A model generated the notes under the pieces. It was not told the origin of the DNA. It saw only the letters and a list, made by a program, of their open reading frames with translations, and made no database searches. The translations under genes were made by a program, and so were the position numbers. This document shows, in pieces, positions 24,535 to 37,000 of a stretch of DNA of 64,000 nucleotides. Origin of the DNA: Phoronis australis (lineage: Eukaryota; Animalia; Phoronida); assembly GCA_002633005.1 (NCBI GenBank), contig NMRA01000376.1, forward strand, positions 4,410 through 68,409, given 5' to 3'. Every line of letters starts with the position of its first letter. The first letter of the stretch is position 1.

Positions 24535-24962
24535 GAAGAAGTCGAAGTGTCTGGCGTCAGCATGATAGCGGAATTTGAAATAATGTTGTTGATGGAATAG
24601 GCCTAATATGCAGATTGACCTGGTAAAGTGCTGTTCTACTATAAACTATCGCTTGTAAACGCGTATAATTTTTTCCTGCTTTAATTAAGACTCCGAAGAC
24701 TAAAATCAGGTAGGGTCGACACGTTTTAAAAGTAGAATGTAGCAATGGAGTCAAATTAAGAGGATTTTTGTAATTCGCATTTCGTCCACTCTCTGAACGA
24801 CGTGTAAACAAAATTGTCTACTATTTACCAACCTCGTTAGACGGTTTGTCGAGTTCAGAGGATGTACCAGATGGTAAAGTTTAATGGTATTTTAATACTT
24901 ATGGTACACTGGTGTAGAATCGTGTGTTGTAGCGACATGAATTAATAACCAAACAGTGATAT

Positions 24963-24968
24963 AATAAA
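24963..24968 (+). terminator. Candidate CLCA poly(A) signal
   Basis: First AATAAA seen downstream of the stop, ~430 nt after it. Confidence 0.5.
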
Positions 24969-25074
24969 ACTGCTTTTTTGAAAAAAAATTGCAGAAGACG
25001 AAAACGCGTGCGTCCACGCACACGAGAATATTCTTGTTCTGACTGCAGTTCAGGGACATAGAGGGCTCACCATC

Positions 25075-25528
25075 AGGTTATGTAGAGCCCTAGAAAATGT
25101 CAACATTTATCTAATTTCGGAACAACATATCTCAGAAATGGCTAATCAGATTCACATGAAACTGTCAGACACTGTGTCATTTGCACTCTTCCCCTAAGTT
25201 ATAAATGCCCCACTGTTGCATGAGGGGCTATCGAGAATACGATTGTTACGATTTTCACGAAAAAATCTTGAGATTTCGTCTTGAACATTTATATCAACTT
25301 TTATTTGGTCTGATATCGATGCCGTCGTTTTGCTATCATATAACTTCCTTTCTCCCTAAATTGTTCTGAAAAGACATGCTCACGTGACCCAATCCAACCA
25401 GATTGGTACAAGAAAAAAAAACAAAATCTTTTTACTTTTACAAACTGTGTACTTTCCCTGAGTTAAAATGTAATTTTGTAGATATTTGACTAGATACGTA
25501 GTTTTGTCAATAAGGTCCTACATAACTT
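25075..25528. mobile_element. ~455-bp MITE with TIR A(A/G)GTTATGTAGGACC; second copy at 50711-51178
   Basis: aggttatgtagagccc...ggtcctacataactt; internal gattca..atgaaact.tcaga and catgctcacgt shared with the second copy. Confidence 0.75.
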
Positions 25529-25939
25529 TAATAAGGCATTTGAGCATACATAACTGTCTGAAATTTCCATTAATCGTCAATTGACCTATCGCCAAGATTT
25601 TGAGTGACAGCTTAACTGACCAACCAGAACGCAGCATTTTTGACACACCTTCGTTTCCAAGCCACCATTTTACCCGACAAACAACACGTTGCCGGGTACA
25701 GCTTGTTGGTTGTTTGTCCACTTTTCGCAAGGGACGGAACTTGCGATAGCTAAATTCTCCTACCCCTGATCATCAGCAATTTCAGACAGTATTTGCAGCT
25801 GATTAGAAGTGTATTTACCTACGAGGAAAATTTGTTTGCTGCACGAACAATTGAGGTGGGTAATGAAGGTGGGGTATAATTCCGTGTTCCCCTGTTCCAA
25901 CACAAACTCAGTTGTAGCGGGTTAGTATTAAATAAATGT

Positions 25940-25945
25940 TTTATT
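25940..25945 (-). terminator. Candidate poly(A) signal of the Tec-like gene
   Basis: AATAAA on the minus strand ~20 nt after the stop. Confidence 0.55.
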
Positions 25946-25964
25946 TGGGACTACATCCACAGAT

Positions 25965-28051
25965 TCACACAAGCGTTATCCTCTCTTCACTGGAAATTAT
26001 TAAATTGGAATTAGAACCAAACTCGTGAAAGCTCGACTTCTTTTCTGAGTTTGAAAGTTGATACGGCACCTTTTGATCATTTATCTGTACCGCTGAATGT
26101 TCTCTTTGTCCAGCGCTGCGTTTAACTGTCTCGTTCTTTACAGCCAGACCATTTTGTCTTACTTTCTTTGCATTCGAGTCGATCACCTTAGTTTGGCTAC
26201 CCAAATGTTTTACACCTGATAATTCCGAGAGTCGACGTAGTTTCGTCATCTTATCTTCACTTAAATCAGCTTTGATTTGTGAAGAAGAACTTGTTGGCTC
26301 GTTTGCTGTCTTTGGTTTTCGTGGTGAAGGTATCGGAATCCCAGTGTGCTGTGCCGGTTTCTTGTCATTAAATGAAACGCTTCTTGAACTCCACCAAGAA
26401 AATCTTGGCAGGCGTGACAGTATAGAGTTAGGGAGTGATTTCACAGGTTTATCGTTCGGGGATCTCTTGTCTACGATAACACTACCGTGACTGCCATTGA
26501 ATGTATTAGTGCTAACGTCTCTGTCCGAGATTTCATGTTTTTCACCTTTTGGCGCCGGTGAGTTTTTTTCAGGTACATAAATCGCTTTGTTCTGCAACTG
26601 AAATTTTGTATGGCAGTCATTTAAATTGTCAATATTTTGTCCAATTTGCTCGGATGGCAGCACGTTAGGTTCAGTGTCTTCGTCACCAACAGATGGCACA
26701 GGGGTAGCAATTTTCTTTTCAACGTGGGATTTCATTTGCCGCTGCAAACTGCTAACCTGCGCTCTCAACAATGAGATTTCACGAGACAAAGAAAAGTTGT
26801 CTTTCCTGAGTTTTTCGTTTTCATTGGAGAGCTGTGTAACTTCCGACTGAAGACGATTTGAGGCTTTCTTCATTTCTTCAATTTCCTCCGCTTTTGTGTT
26901 AACCGCTTTAGCTAAATTTGACCTGTCAGACTCCTGTTTTAGTTTCCGATTTTCTTCAAGTAAGTTAACTACTTGTTCACCAAGACTTTGATTTTCCTCG
27001 GTCAGAAGTTCCACCTCCTGTCCCAGGGTCTCGTTGCGTTCCTTCATCATAACATTTTCTTGTTCGCTCTCAAAACACTCTTGCTGCACTCTTTCAAGTG
27101 TCGAGTTCGCTATCACTATAGTATCATCAACGCATCTCCGAAGAGCATCATTTTCTCGTTTCGCATCTTCTAATTGCTTCACAGTTTCCTCTAACCTAGA
27201 GTTAATGGCAGACAACTCTTGCTGGTGCTTCTTCACGTTTGCCTCTGATGCTTGCAATATGGCGTCTTTCTCCCTTTTAACTGCCTGGTATTTATAATTA
27301 CTTCTCTGTGCCATATGCATCACTTTAGACATGTGCATTTCTGCTCTCAAGTCCCGATACGCCTGCGACTCGCATTGAGGGCTATACGCAGAAGCTGAAC
27401 TGGGCATAGTGGTGCTAGCGCGGCTAAGGAAACCCTCTTGAAGTAAAGAGTTGTCATCACTATACGAGGTTGCTTCATTATTAACCGACTCGCAACTATT
27501 GGCTTTATTCACCAGTGAGGGTGACATGCGATCTGGCTGATTTTCAACCTTTTCCAAATTGTCTGATGAAAAGCTGCGGATTTTTTCGGTCCATTTGTCG
27601 CCATCGAAACTCAAGGCCGAACTACTTCCACTCTTGCTTTTCTCGTTTAGTGCTATTGTACTGCTCTGTAGTTCTACGTGGCGAATGTTGTTCAACGTTC
27701 CAGCAAAATCAGAAAGCGAAGTCCACTTCTTTTCAGACTCTGACAGCAAAGGGATTGTGTTACATGGCAATAAGGGTTTTCCAACAGGGAGTGATTTGAC
27801 ACTTGAAGAACTTCTAGTTACTACTCGGGAGGAATCTGTACTACGTACGTTAGTGACGTCACAAGGCCTCTCCGGACTTGAACCCGCTGTCGACGATAAC
27901 AACGACATGTTCGAAGGCGTTCGCTGGCCGTAGCTAAACAGAGACATGTTGGATATCGCTCGCTGACCAAAATTAACCATTGAACCGGGCAAGGTCGTCT
28001 GAGTGGACGTAGATGAGAAGGAACAATTTCTCTCGGTCATGTGACTTCTCC
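25965..28051 (-). CDS. Tec-like terminal exon 17: ~695-aa Ser-rich and coiled-coil tail
   Basis: Longest ORF in the window; acceptor ttcacag at 28052-28053 in the phase required by exon 16; heptad-rich E/K/L/Q segment at ~26720-27360. Confidence 0.9.
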
Positions 28052-31000
28052 CTGTGAATGAGATAAAATCGTGTTTGTATAAAAACAGATACTGTAGAAT
28101 GAAATCACGCATTTGTTGTGATCTTCAATTATAGAAATTTCATGCATTGTCAAGTCTGTATTCTACATAAATAAGAAAACGTCTTTAGGATTGTGTTCCA
28201 TGAGAAATACTGCCCTGTTCTAGGCAACTTACGGCAACTTACCTTTAAAAAGTTTGGGTATTTTACTGGATGACTCTTTCGGTAAGCTCTTTTCGACTTG
28301 TCTGAGGAGTTTCCAAACGTCACGACAATTGGCACGAGATTCTGGTTCCTTGAATGAGAAAACGTCGAGATTCACTTCCATGATGGACACATTGTAATAT
28401 TGCCGATGGTGGTGGCCCGGGAAGGTGGTGGAGGGTGCGGATGGGGGAGGTGGGGCTGAAGCTCGATTTGTTACGGTGGCCCTCGCTAATGTGGCTGGTC
28501 CCCGTTATCAATTTCTACCCCACCCCCTGCACTGCTAAGACCGCCATCTCGAGGGTTCTTATTCTTGCAAGTGCCTCAGCTGAACGGGAGAAAACTGTTT
28601 CAATAATTTCCATGATAGCAAGTAGGACCTAGCAAAGTGGCCACTGTTTTTGCTTTTGGTGATGGTGCTTTCATAAACGCCGAGACATGTCAAGCCATTT
28701 TAAATCCATCGTTGTTTTAACGATTTCTGCCAATCCTCGTTCTGTCTCCAGGCGTGCGTTCAGTAACGCAAGGACCTACGCTAGGACCTAGCTAAAATCT
28801 AGTGATCTCATTTAAAATACACGGCAATATCTCACGTAATTTCGCGAAGTCTTGCTTTTTAGCGAAGTCCTAGCGTTACTGCACGGGAGGCTGCTATCTC
28901 TGATTTAGGTAACGAAAACCGGAATCAAATAGAAACACGTACTCACTCTATCATAAAAAAGATTTTGTGGTGGGTGGTCTTTTCCCTATATTTGTAGTGT
29001 AACTCGCCACAAGTGTTGTTCACGTTTGCGGCATCAGCAGACTTTGTAAGAAGTATTCAAATTTGCCCTAAGCTTTTGAGAGTTGATGGGGATTACATTG
29101 TTTTATTTTAATTTACACAGCTGGGTGGGGAAAGGCGTAATTCATATATTTATTGCATAGGACGAAATGAGTGTAGTATCCTTTTAGTGAGAAAATACAG
29201 CAATGGGGACCCCTTAGCTACTTGAGGTCCTGGTTTAAAGCATCGTTAACATACTTGTAAAACCGCCACTAACTAAAAGTGGTAGCGGAGGATGTAGTAG
29301 TCATTGGTGGCAGGGTTGAGGAAAGAGCTGATAGCGTCAATGTTTGTGATTGCTGTAAAGGTGGTGAAGTTTGTTAATGGTAAAAACAGAGGTGGTTGCA
29401 GTGATGGGGTGGCAAGTGGTACTAGTGAGACTACAAGTTACGATTTTGGGAAAGGTGGTGGCTGTGGTCGGCGTGATGGAAATGGGTTGGTTGAATCATA
29501 AATGACAGATAATCTCAAAAGACACCCAAGGAACGCTTTGAATGCAATGATTTAAGAACCGCCATTAGTAAGTAAGGCACGCATGCGTACTTTGTGCTAT
29601 TCTGCCTGCAACATGCAGTTGGCAATATTCTTTTCCTATACTAGAGACAATGACAAAAACTTTTTATGTATTTGTTGTACTTCACATTACTTTAATCACA
29701 CACAAACACACATACACGCACGCACGCGCACGCATACACATGCACACCACCACCAGTTCGTTACTTACCTTCCGAAGGCAACTCTCAGCAATAGTTTGAA
29801 GATTAGACCCAAATGTGGTCTCACCAGAGCGATGCGTGTTACCCAAAATCTAAAAGAAGCGGAATATCGATAAGGCCTTCATTTCTGTACATTTTCACCA
29901 ACAGTAAATTTCTCTCGCTTTGGAAATAAGTAAAGCAAAATACACGGCCCTAAATCCTCTGTGTATTTGTGAAAACAACTATTGGCCACTCTTATACTGT
30001 TTCAGTTTTATTACGAAGTCAGCTTTTGGCTTTGATACAAATCGAGAGTGAACTCTACGTTGAATTCTCAATATTATCGAGAATAAATAGGGACCTTTTC
30101 ATGCAACGCCTCTGATTTAAGGACTAAGACCCTATTTATTTTCGCTGTACTCAGAGCTCAGTTTTTATATTATTAGAAAATGTCATTAGCTAAAGAAGAG
30201 CTCATAATAAAGATGAAATGATAAAAATTACTTTTGTAAGTAAGGAAAGACAAAAATAGGGAGTAGATTTAGGGAACCAAGTTGAGTCCCTATTTGGGAC
30301 TGTTTCTTTTAACAGGACATAGAAAGACAACATACGACATACAGAGTCATGCTCCCTCACATCAGGATGCCTTTATGTACACGTGCACCTTGTGCACAGT
30401 CATTGTACAGTTAGTACACACCTGTTCCAAAGTTAACTCTGTACACTCGGGACAGCTGAACGACATCCACAGCAAAACACCAAAACTCCACACGTCAAGT
30501 TTTGTAGTTGTTGTCATGAAACCATGAGCGTCAGCCACCTCTGGCGGCAGCAATCGGTGTCGATTATAGGACACATGATTTCTTGGGTAGGCAACGCCTT
30601 CGAACCTGGAAATTTTGCACCAGTTTGATATGAGAATTGAGATTATTAAGTACATGTATACCAAGTCTCACGAAGCTCTCTTATTTCTCCATAAAAGGAC
30701 AAGTCGTAGCTAAATTCCCAAAATTTGAGGGAAAATAACGGGAAGACAACACCATCTAGACTTACGTGTACCTTTTAGCTGACTGGCCAGATGAAAAGCA
30801 GCCAGCCAGCTATCCTTGGCGCAAAGATGTATACTAAATATACAGCTTTGCACCGATGTGGGTAAAATACTGGACATATAAGATCTGACCGAAAATTAGT
30901 GTCATTAAAAACTACAGTCTTCCTTGAGTAAACTAAATTATTTATCGGTGTTGGAAAAAATGGCGTTATTCTGCTGCTAAAGTTGTAGAGAGATCTTTAG

Positions 31001-34000
31001 CGACGGCTTTCGGCGCAATGAAATATTGCGTCACCTATTGGCCAGTTTCTTTATCCGCCGATTCTTCAATCAAGTGTTCTTATTCCACGAGGTTGCGTAG
31101 ATGTTAAACAAACTATCGGAACTGGCTTCATTTAGTTACAAGTTTTTAGGATTTTGATACCGAAAAACCGAATTCCAGGAGAAATTTTGCTGCTGTCAAG
31201 CTATCACCATCTCCTGAGAGATGTCGCAAAAATTTAGGAAATGGCGCGTGCGCGTATCACGAGCGTACTGTTTTCAGAACGACGACATAACTTTTCTTTG
31301 TCAGAAAAGGCGGAGGATTATGCAAGAAAATGACGTTTATTAGATTGTTTTCCACTTAAACGGCTGTAACGGGCATGGCGAGTGTCGTTTGATTCCCAGC
31401 AGATTTTGTATGCACCCCGTCCGGTCTTTAGCTCTACATGTTGATACAAGTTTCATGGCGAGGTGACGAGCAGAACTACCCTGGCTGTGTGCAATTTCGG
31501 GTTCTATGGAAGCTTAACACAGAGTGGCACCTAGCTGTATTTCGATGATAGTCTTCATACAGCTAGCTGGCTGGCTACCAGCCATCTAGCTGTCAAAAAA
31601 TACCGTCAAAATACAGCTATGTTTCACTGTGTGTTCAGCGCCAACAGACCTCGAAATTGCTGACAATCTGGGTACTTCTGCTAGTCACATCTCCGTGAAA
31701 CTTGCATCAACATGTAGACCTTAAAACAGACGTTGGTGCATGCAAAATCAACGAACACTTACCTTGTCCGTTTAAGTGAAAAACAATCTAATAAACGCCG
31801 TTTTCTCGAATAATTTTCCGCTTTTAGTGACAATGAAAAGTATGTCGTCAGTTTGAAAAGAGTGCGCTGGTGACAAGGCACGCGTCATTTCCTAAAATTT
31901 TGCGACATCTCTCGGAAGATGATGACAATTTCACAGCAGCAAAATGTGCTCTGAAATTCGGTTTGCTGGTATCAAAAGACTAAAAACTTGTAACGAAATG
32001 CAACCATTTCCGATAATTTGTTGTGACATGTACGCATTCTCGTTGATTGAAGAATCGACGAAAAAAGAATCTGGTTAATAGGTGACGCAATATTTCATGG
32101 CGCCGAAAGCCGACGCAAAAGATCGCTCTACAAATTTAGCAGCAGAATAACAGTAGAACGCCATATAGAGCGATAAATAATTTAGTTTACTCAAGGAAGA
32201 CTGTAGCTTTTAATGACACTAATTTTGTGTCACATATTATTTGGTCATTTTTTTACCCACACCGGCGCAAAGATGTATATTTAGTATATAGTTTTGTACC
32301 AAGGCTAGATGCAAGGCAGGCTGCATGTCTTTGGCATGAGGTCCTGGGTTCTAGTCCCAGTGACCCCCACATTCCAATAGAACGTTTGCTTTCAAGATCC
32401 AGAGTTTGTTTTTGAATATTAAGTCAATCACGTGCAAACCAAAGAGTGCCTGTAATGAAATAAAAATCTCAGAGCATTTGAAGAACACAACAAAGCGACA
32501 AAATTGCTTGCTAACATGCGGATTTACCTGAATGCTTTATTATCCTAACTGAATTAAACATGAAAATTCTCAAACAAAAAGTGAGACCAACTAAAAATCA
32601 TATCCGGTTTCTCTATTTTTCAAACATAAAAAAGAAATTTAAATTATCGGTACCCTTCACTTAAATAGTTCTTGGCAACGAAATGACAATTACAGTATGA
32701 TAGTTTCCTTTAACAGAAGAGAGAAGTGAATTAGGCCATGCATTAAACTGATCAGGTGCATGTACATTTAGAATGGAATTTTTTTTCGCTAAATGTACAA
32801 ATGATGTATCCCCCAGATTGCACGGAGAGATGCAGAGATAGATTGAGTTACACTTACTGAGCGTAATGAAATCCTGTGATGACCACCGAGCTGCTATGTA
32901 CCGTGCAGTTTTCAGGAATCTGTGGGAAGTAAAAATACCAGCCTCTGTCTAAATAGAGAACTTATGCTGACGCAGAGAGAGTTCAGCCACCGCGGGAAAG
33001 TGTGACATCGTCACGATCATTAACTAAAGCATGTTACATGTACACACAGGTGACTGAGTGACGAGCTTTTTGTTGTCCAGGAGACACGTAAATTTATGTC
33101 ACTATGACATCTAAATTCCTCGATAGAGTAATCGACAGCACAAAAAAACGTTTATGTTTGCTTGTTGTAGCAATGTCGGAGGTTGCGACAAGCAGACGGA
33201 AAAGCTTTGAGTCCAATTTAACATATCACCAACAGAGGTCAGAGAAAATAAAAAGTGTACAGAAATGCAGCGAGCACATTAACCTAAACACAAATGTTGG
33301 CTGAATACAGCAAAACACTATTTCAGTCGTGGTCACTTTGTGAAGCGTGACAAGGTCAGTTGTCCATAAGCTTACAAATGAATGTTTACCAGTCTCCATA
33401 TAGTTACAAAGTCCGAGGAAAGTATGCATATAACATGTACCAAAAGTAACGCCATACCAATTCATTGTGGACGATTCCCCTTCTTCCTAGGTACGTCATG
33501 CCAGCGCACACGTCCGCCATTAATTTTAGGTACGCCGATGCTTTCACGTTGTTGTTTAACACGTAATCTTTCAGGTTAAAGTCACCATGGTAATCGGTAA
33601 CTACAGTGAAGAAACTTTCATCTGTTCCCAAGGCAAGAAGGCGCTGAATGTTACTGTGGTGAATGCATCTGAATGATCAAAATTGGCATTCATGTTAAAG
33701 ATGAGTTAACAGCATGGAACTGAAATGTTAGCCACTGTTTGACATGCGCGCTCCATCGCAAACGGTATATGTATTATCTGGTCATACAAAACTTAAATGG
33801 TGCAATGTATAGCCGACTGTTGACAGAGGAGATGGACCGAAGTCCCGCCTATCACATGCGTGGGACTAGGTATTGTTCAAAGTTTTGCGCTGCTTTCCCC
33901 AAGAGTGACACGCGTCACTAGGTGTCACAGAAGTTTGAAAAAGTCGGTAATGGCCGAACAAACGTAGCTTTTAAAATTTTCGTGTCATAAGTCGCTACTG

Positions 34001-37000
34001 GATAAGTGGTAATTTCCGCCGATATGTGAAAGACGTAATGGTTCCAAGCAAAGCCAAGAAAACATGATTCATATTTAAAACTCATAGCTTACTTGCTCCT
34101 TAAAGAGGTCTGGAACTAGATAAACAAACTAAATTGCAATTGAAAGTTATTCTCTGCCACTGTAACAGAATTCAGCATGTTCACCAGATATTTGTAAGGT
34201 TTTTGGTAAAGATTTTTAATTTCTGTGAATATAAAAGCCTTTTCTTTTATTTTCAAATTTCAAAAAAGGCCTGTCAACTGCTCGCCGCTTCGTCAATTTT
34301 TCTCCCACAAGGCAAAGCACGTCTCCTTATTTGGTATGGCAAGACATAGAGGTAGCACATTTCTCTTTTGTGAAAAATGTGACCGTCAACCTCAAGGGAC
34401 TTCAAGCAACTGATTGTGAGCGCATGCGCGCATTTATCATAATGGGAAGGAGATTAGAAACTCTGTGGTAACCACAAAATTTTTCCTTCGCGCGTATTTT
34501 AAAAATAGTGAATTTTGTGATTTTTTCTGGAAATTTGCTCACACGGAGGAGTGAATTACTCTGTGCAAGACGCTGCAAGATGATAATTTCGTCAGAAATT
34601 GTTTAAAAGATATTTTTGACGAGATTTCGCATTCTATGCCTCTTTAATAAAGGTACATTGTCGTCGTGTATACAATGTAGTTGTTATGACTTACAAAAGA
34701 ATGTCGGTCATTTGTTTGAACTTCTCTCTGTCACTATTAGACGACGAATGCTCTTTATATACCAAAAGCTCTTCCTTGAAATTTCCATCGCGGTAACAAG
34801 CTGTAGATATTTCCTGGAATTCAAATAAATGAACAGCAATAGAGAAGCCAATTCGAAACGACATGGGGTTCTGCTACATAAATAACGGTACCCGTTCTCT
34901 TAAATACAATGTCTGAAATCAGGCATACAGTCTTTAAATTTGAACATGTTTTTGCGACAATCGGCGCAAACGGGCGCAAAACTCATGATACACGCGCGTC
35001 CCTCGGTTGCATAAAATTGTTAAAGCTCTTGGCAATCCCACCAGTAAATTCGTAAAAAAGCGAGCTTTCATCCCCGGCTACTGAACTTGGATAGCTAAAA
35101 TGTGCCATTGCTTGTATACACTGAAATAGTCATATTTTGAACAAATTTATTTTAGTTCGTCTTTAAGTGGCGCCCCAGAATTTTAATTCAAGGTCGCACA
35201 TCTCCTAGTTCTCTGTGGCGTTGGACACGGTTTTCTCCATCAAATTTAAGAGCTAGTCCACGAAAATATCAAAATAAATTTTAAAAAATCACTTTAGTGG
35301 TCATCTTTCGGATTCTTTTTTAACTTTGTGTATGTAATCGTGGTGGGGCTCTGACACAAAAACCAATCACCAACTTTGCACTTGTTGACCTCTTAGTTTT
35401 GTACCTATAGACCTTCGAAGGTTCACGAAGAAAATTGCACGTTTTTGCATACCGAAAACAGCAAGTTTTCTACTGTAAAAACAGTTAGATCTTATGCATT
35501 GAGAGAAAAAACGTAATGAGATTAGGAAGTGGGATGTAAGGATTACCAAATAAACTTGACACTAATAATTTCGCGGCATTCATTACTTGACAGGGGAGAT
35601 AAGTCCGGAGGCACTTTTTTGTTAACGGGTGTCACTTGAGTGCTTCTATAAGCCAGTTTGCAGGGCTGTGGACATTCAACGATATGTTTATGGATAGATC
35701 TTGGATGGGTAAAAAAAAATAATTAAAAACTCTCGAATATGCTTTTTTCAGTTTTTGTTCTAAAAACGCTCCAATGTTATTATTATTAGTAGTAGTATTC
35801 TACGCTTTTTAAACAAGTTTTTGTATCTTTATTACATTTAAAATGGTTTCAAGATGAAATAATTAATGAAAATTAACATTTTAGATACCATAATGCTGTC
35901 TGACACATGCATACACCATTTCACTCATTAAGCGTTCATAGCTGACTATGAGTCAGAGGTTACGCAGGCACTGGTGATGACATGTTAGCCTTGAGCCAAT
36001 ATCCAAAACGGTTGCCGCGCTTAGAGACAATTTTTAGGCTGACGTGAATAATTCACGTGAAATATTCCGATTCGTACACTATTTCAAGGTGATTTAGCTT
36101 CATGAAGGATTCTTTGAAATTAAGGGTTCGAGACTATGTGAAGCAGACGAACCGAAAATTATTTTTTCACTCTACAGACAAAGCCTATACACAGGAATGG
36201 CGTGGATGTCTGAAACACAAGAATGAAAAACATCAAAATCCCATGGTGCGTTAAAAAATCGACGCTATTTATGTGTTGAATTTTGACATTCACTTTTGAT
36301 AGAGTTGGCCATCTTGCATTTCAGCTGCATAGGTTACGAGTTTAAAAGTGCCTAAACATTATATTCACAAATATTATAACAATAAAATTTAGTAACATAC
36401 CCTTGTCTACGATTCTGAACAATCCCTGAGTTTAAACCAGAATTTAATCACGCAGATCTAATTAAAGTGCTCACAATTCGCGTTAGACAACATGGCGACT
36501 TTTGTTGAACTGAAAGACGTTTTCAAACGTCTACATTGTCGTCGGTGAAGATTTAACACATTTGTAGATACACTGCTGCAAAAAGCAGTTTTGTACAATT
36601 TTCCGGTTTTTGTGCCATAAGAATTATGAATGTCCTATTTATTTGAATAGGAAGTGTCCATTCAATTGACCTTGCACTCTGCTTAAGTTTTGAAATCGTT
36701 TTTTGTTTGAAAGTCAACTTTTCTTCAAGGTGTAATTATGTATATTTTTCTAAGTTTTATGCATAAATTGCGCTTTTGATTCATGTTTTGTAACTACTTA
36801 CTTTCTAATTCAGCATCATCAAAATGCGAAAAATCTTACTTGATTTGCAGTTTCCATCTGGATTATGAAGAGTGAAGTTTCCTCGGATCTTTCAGCCTAA
36901 TAGCTTCATTTTTTATTATCATACTTGTCAAATTCTAGCTTAGAAGGAACGCTTTTATGGTACTGAGTCGGCATGGTAACAATTATGCATGTCCGCTTTG

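Noticed and set aside
25965-28112. 715-aa ORF as a stand-alone intronless gene
   Set aside because: Its first ~20 codons look like an intron 3' end with an acceptor at 28052-28053 in the phase required by the upstream kinase exon.
28512-28628. Candidate exon after ttgctag (VLLAIMEIIETV...)
   Set aside because: Stops in all three frames; exon 28243-28348 supplies kinase subdomain XI in the correct phase.
32330-32370. tRNA-like B-box (GGTTCTAGTCC); similar strings near 52184 and 58937
   Set aside because: No complete cloverleaf; at most SINE remnants, not tRNA genes.
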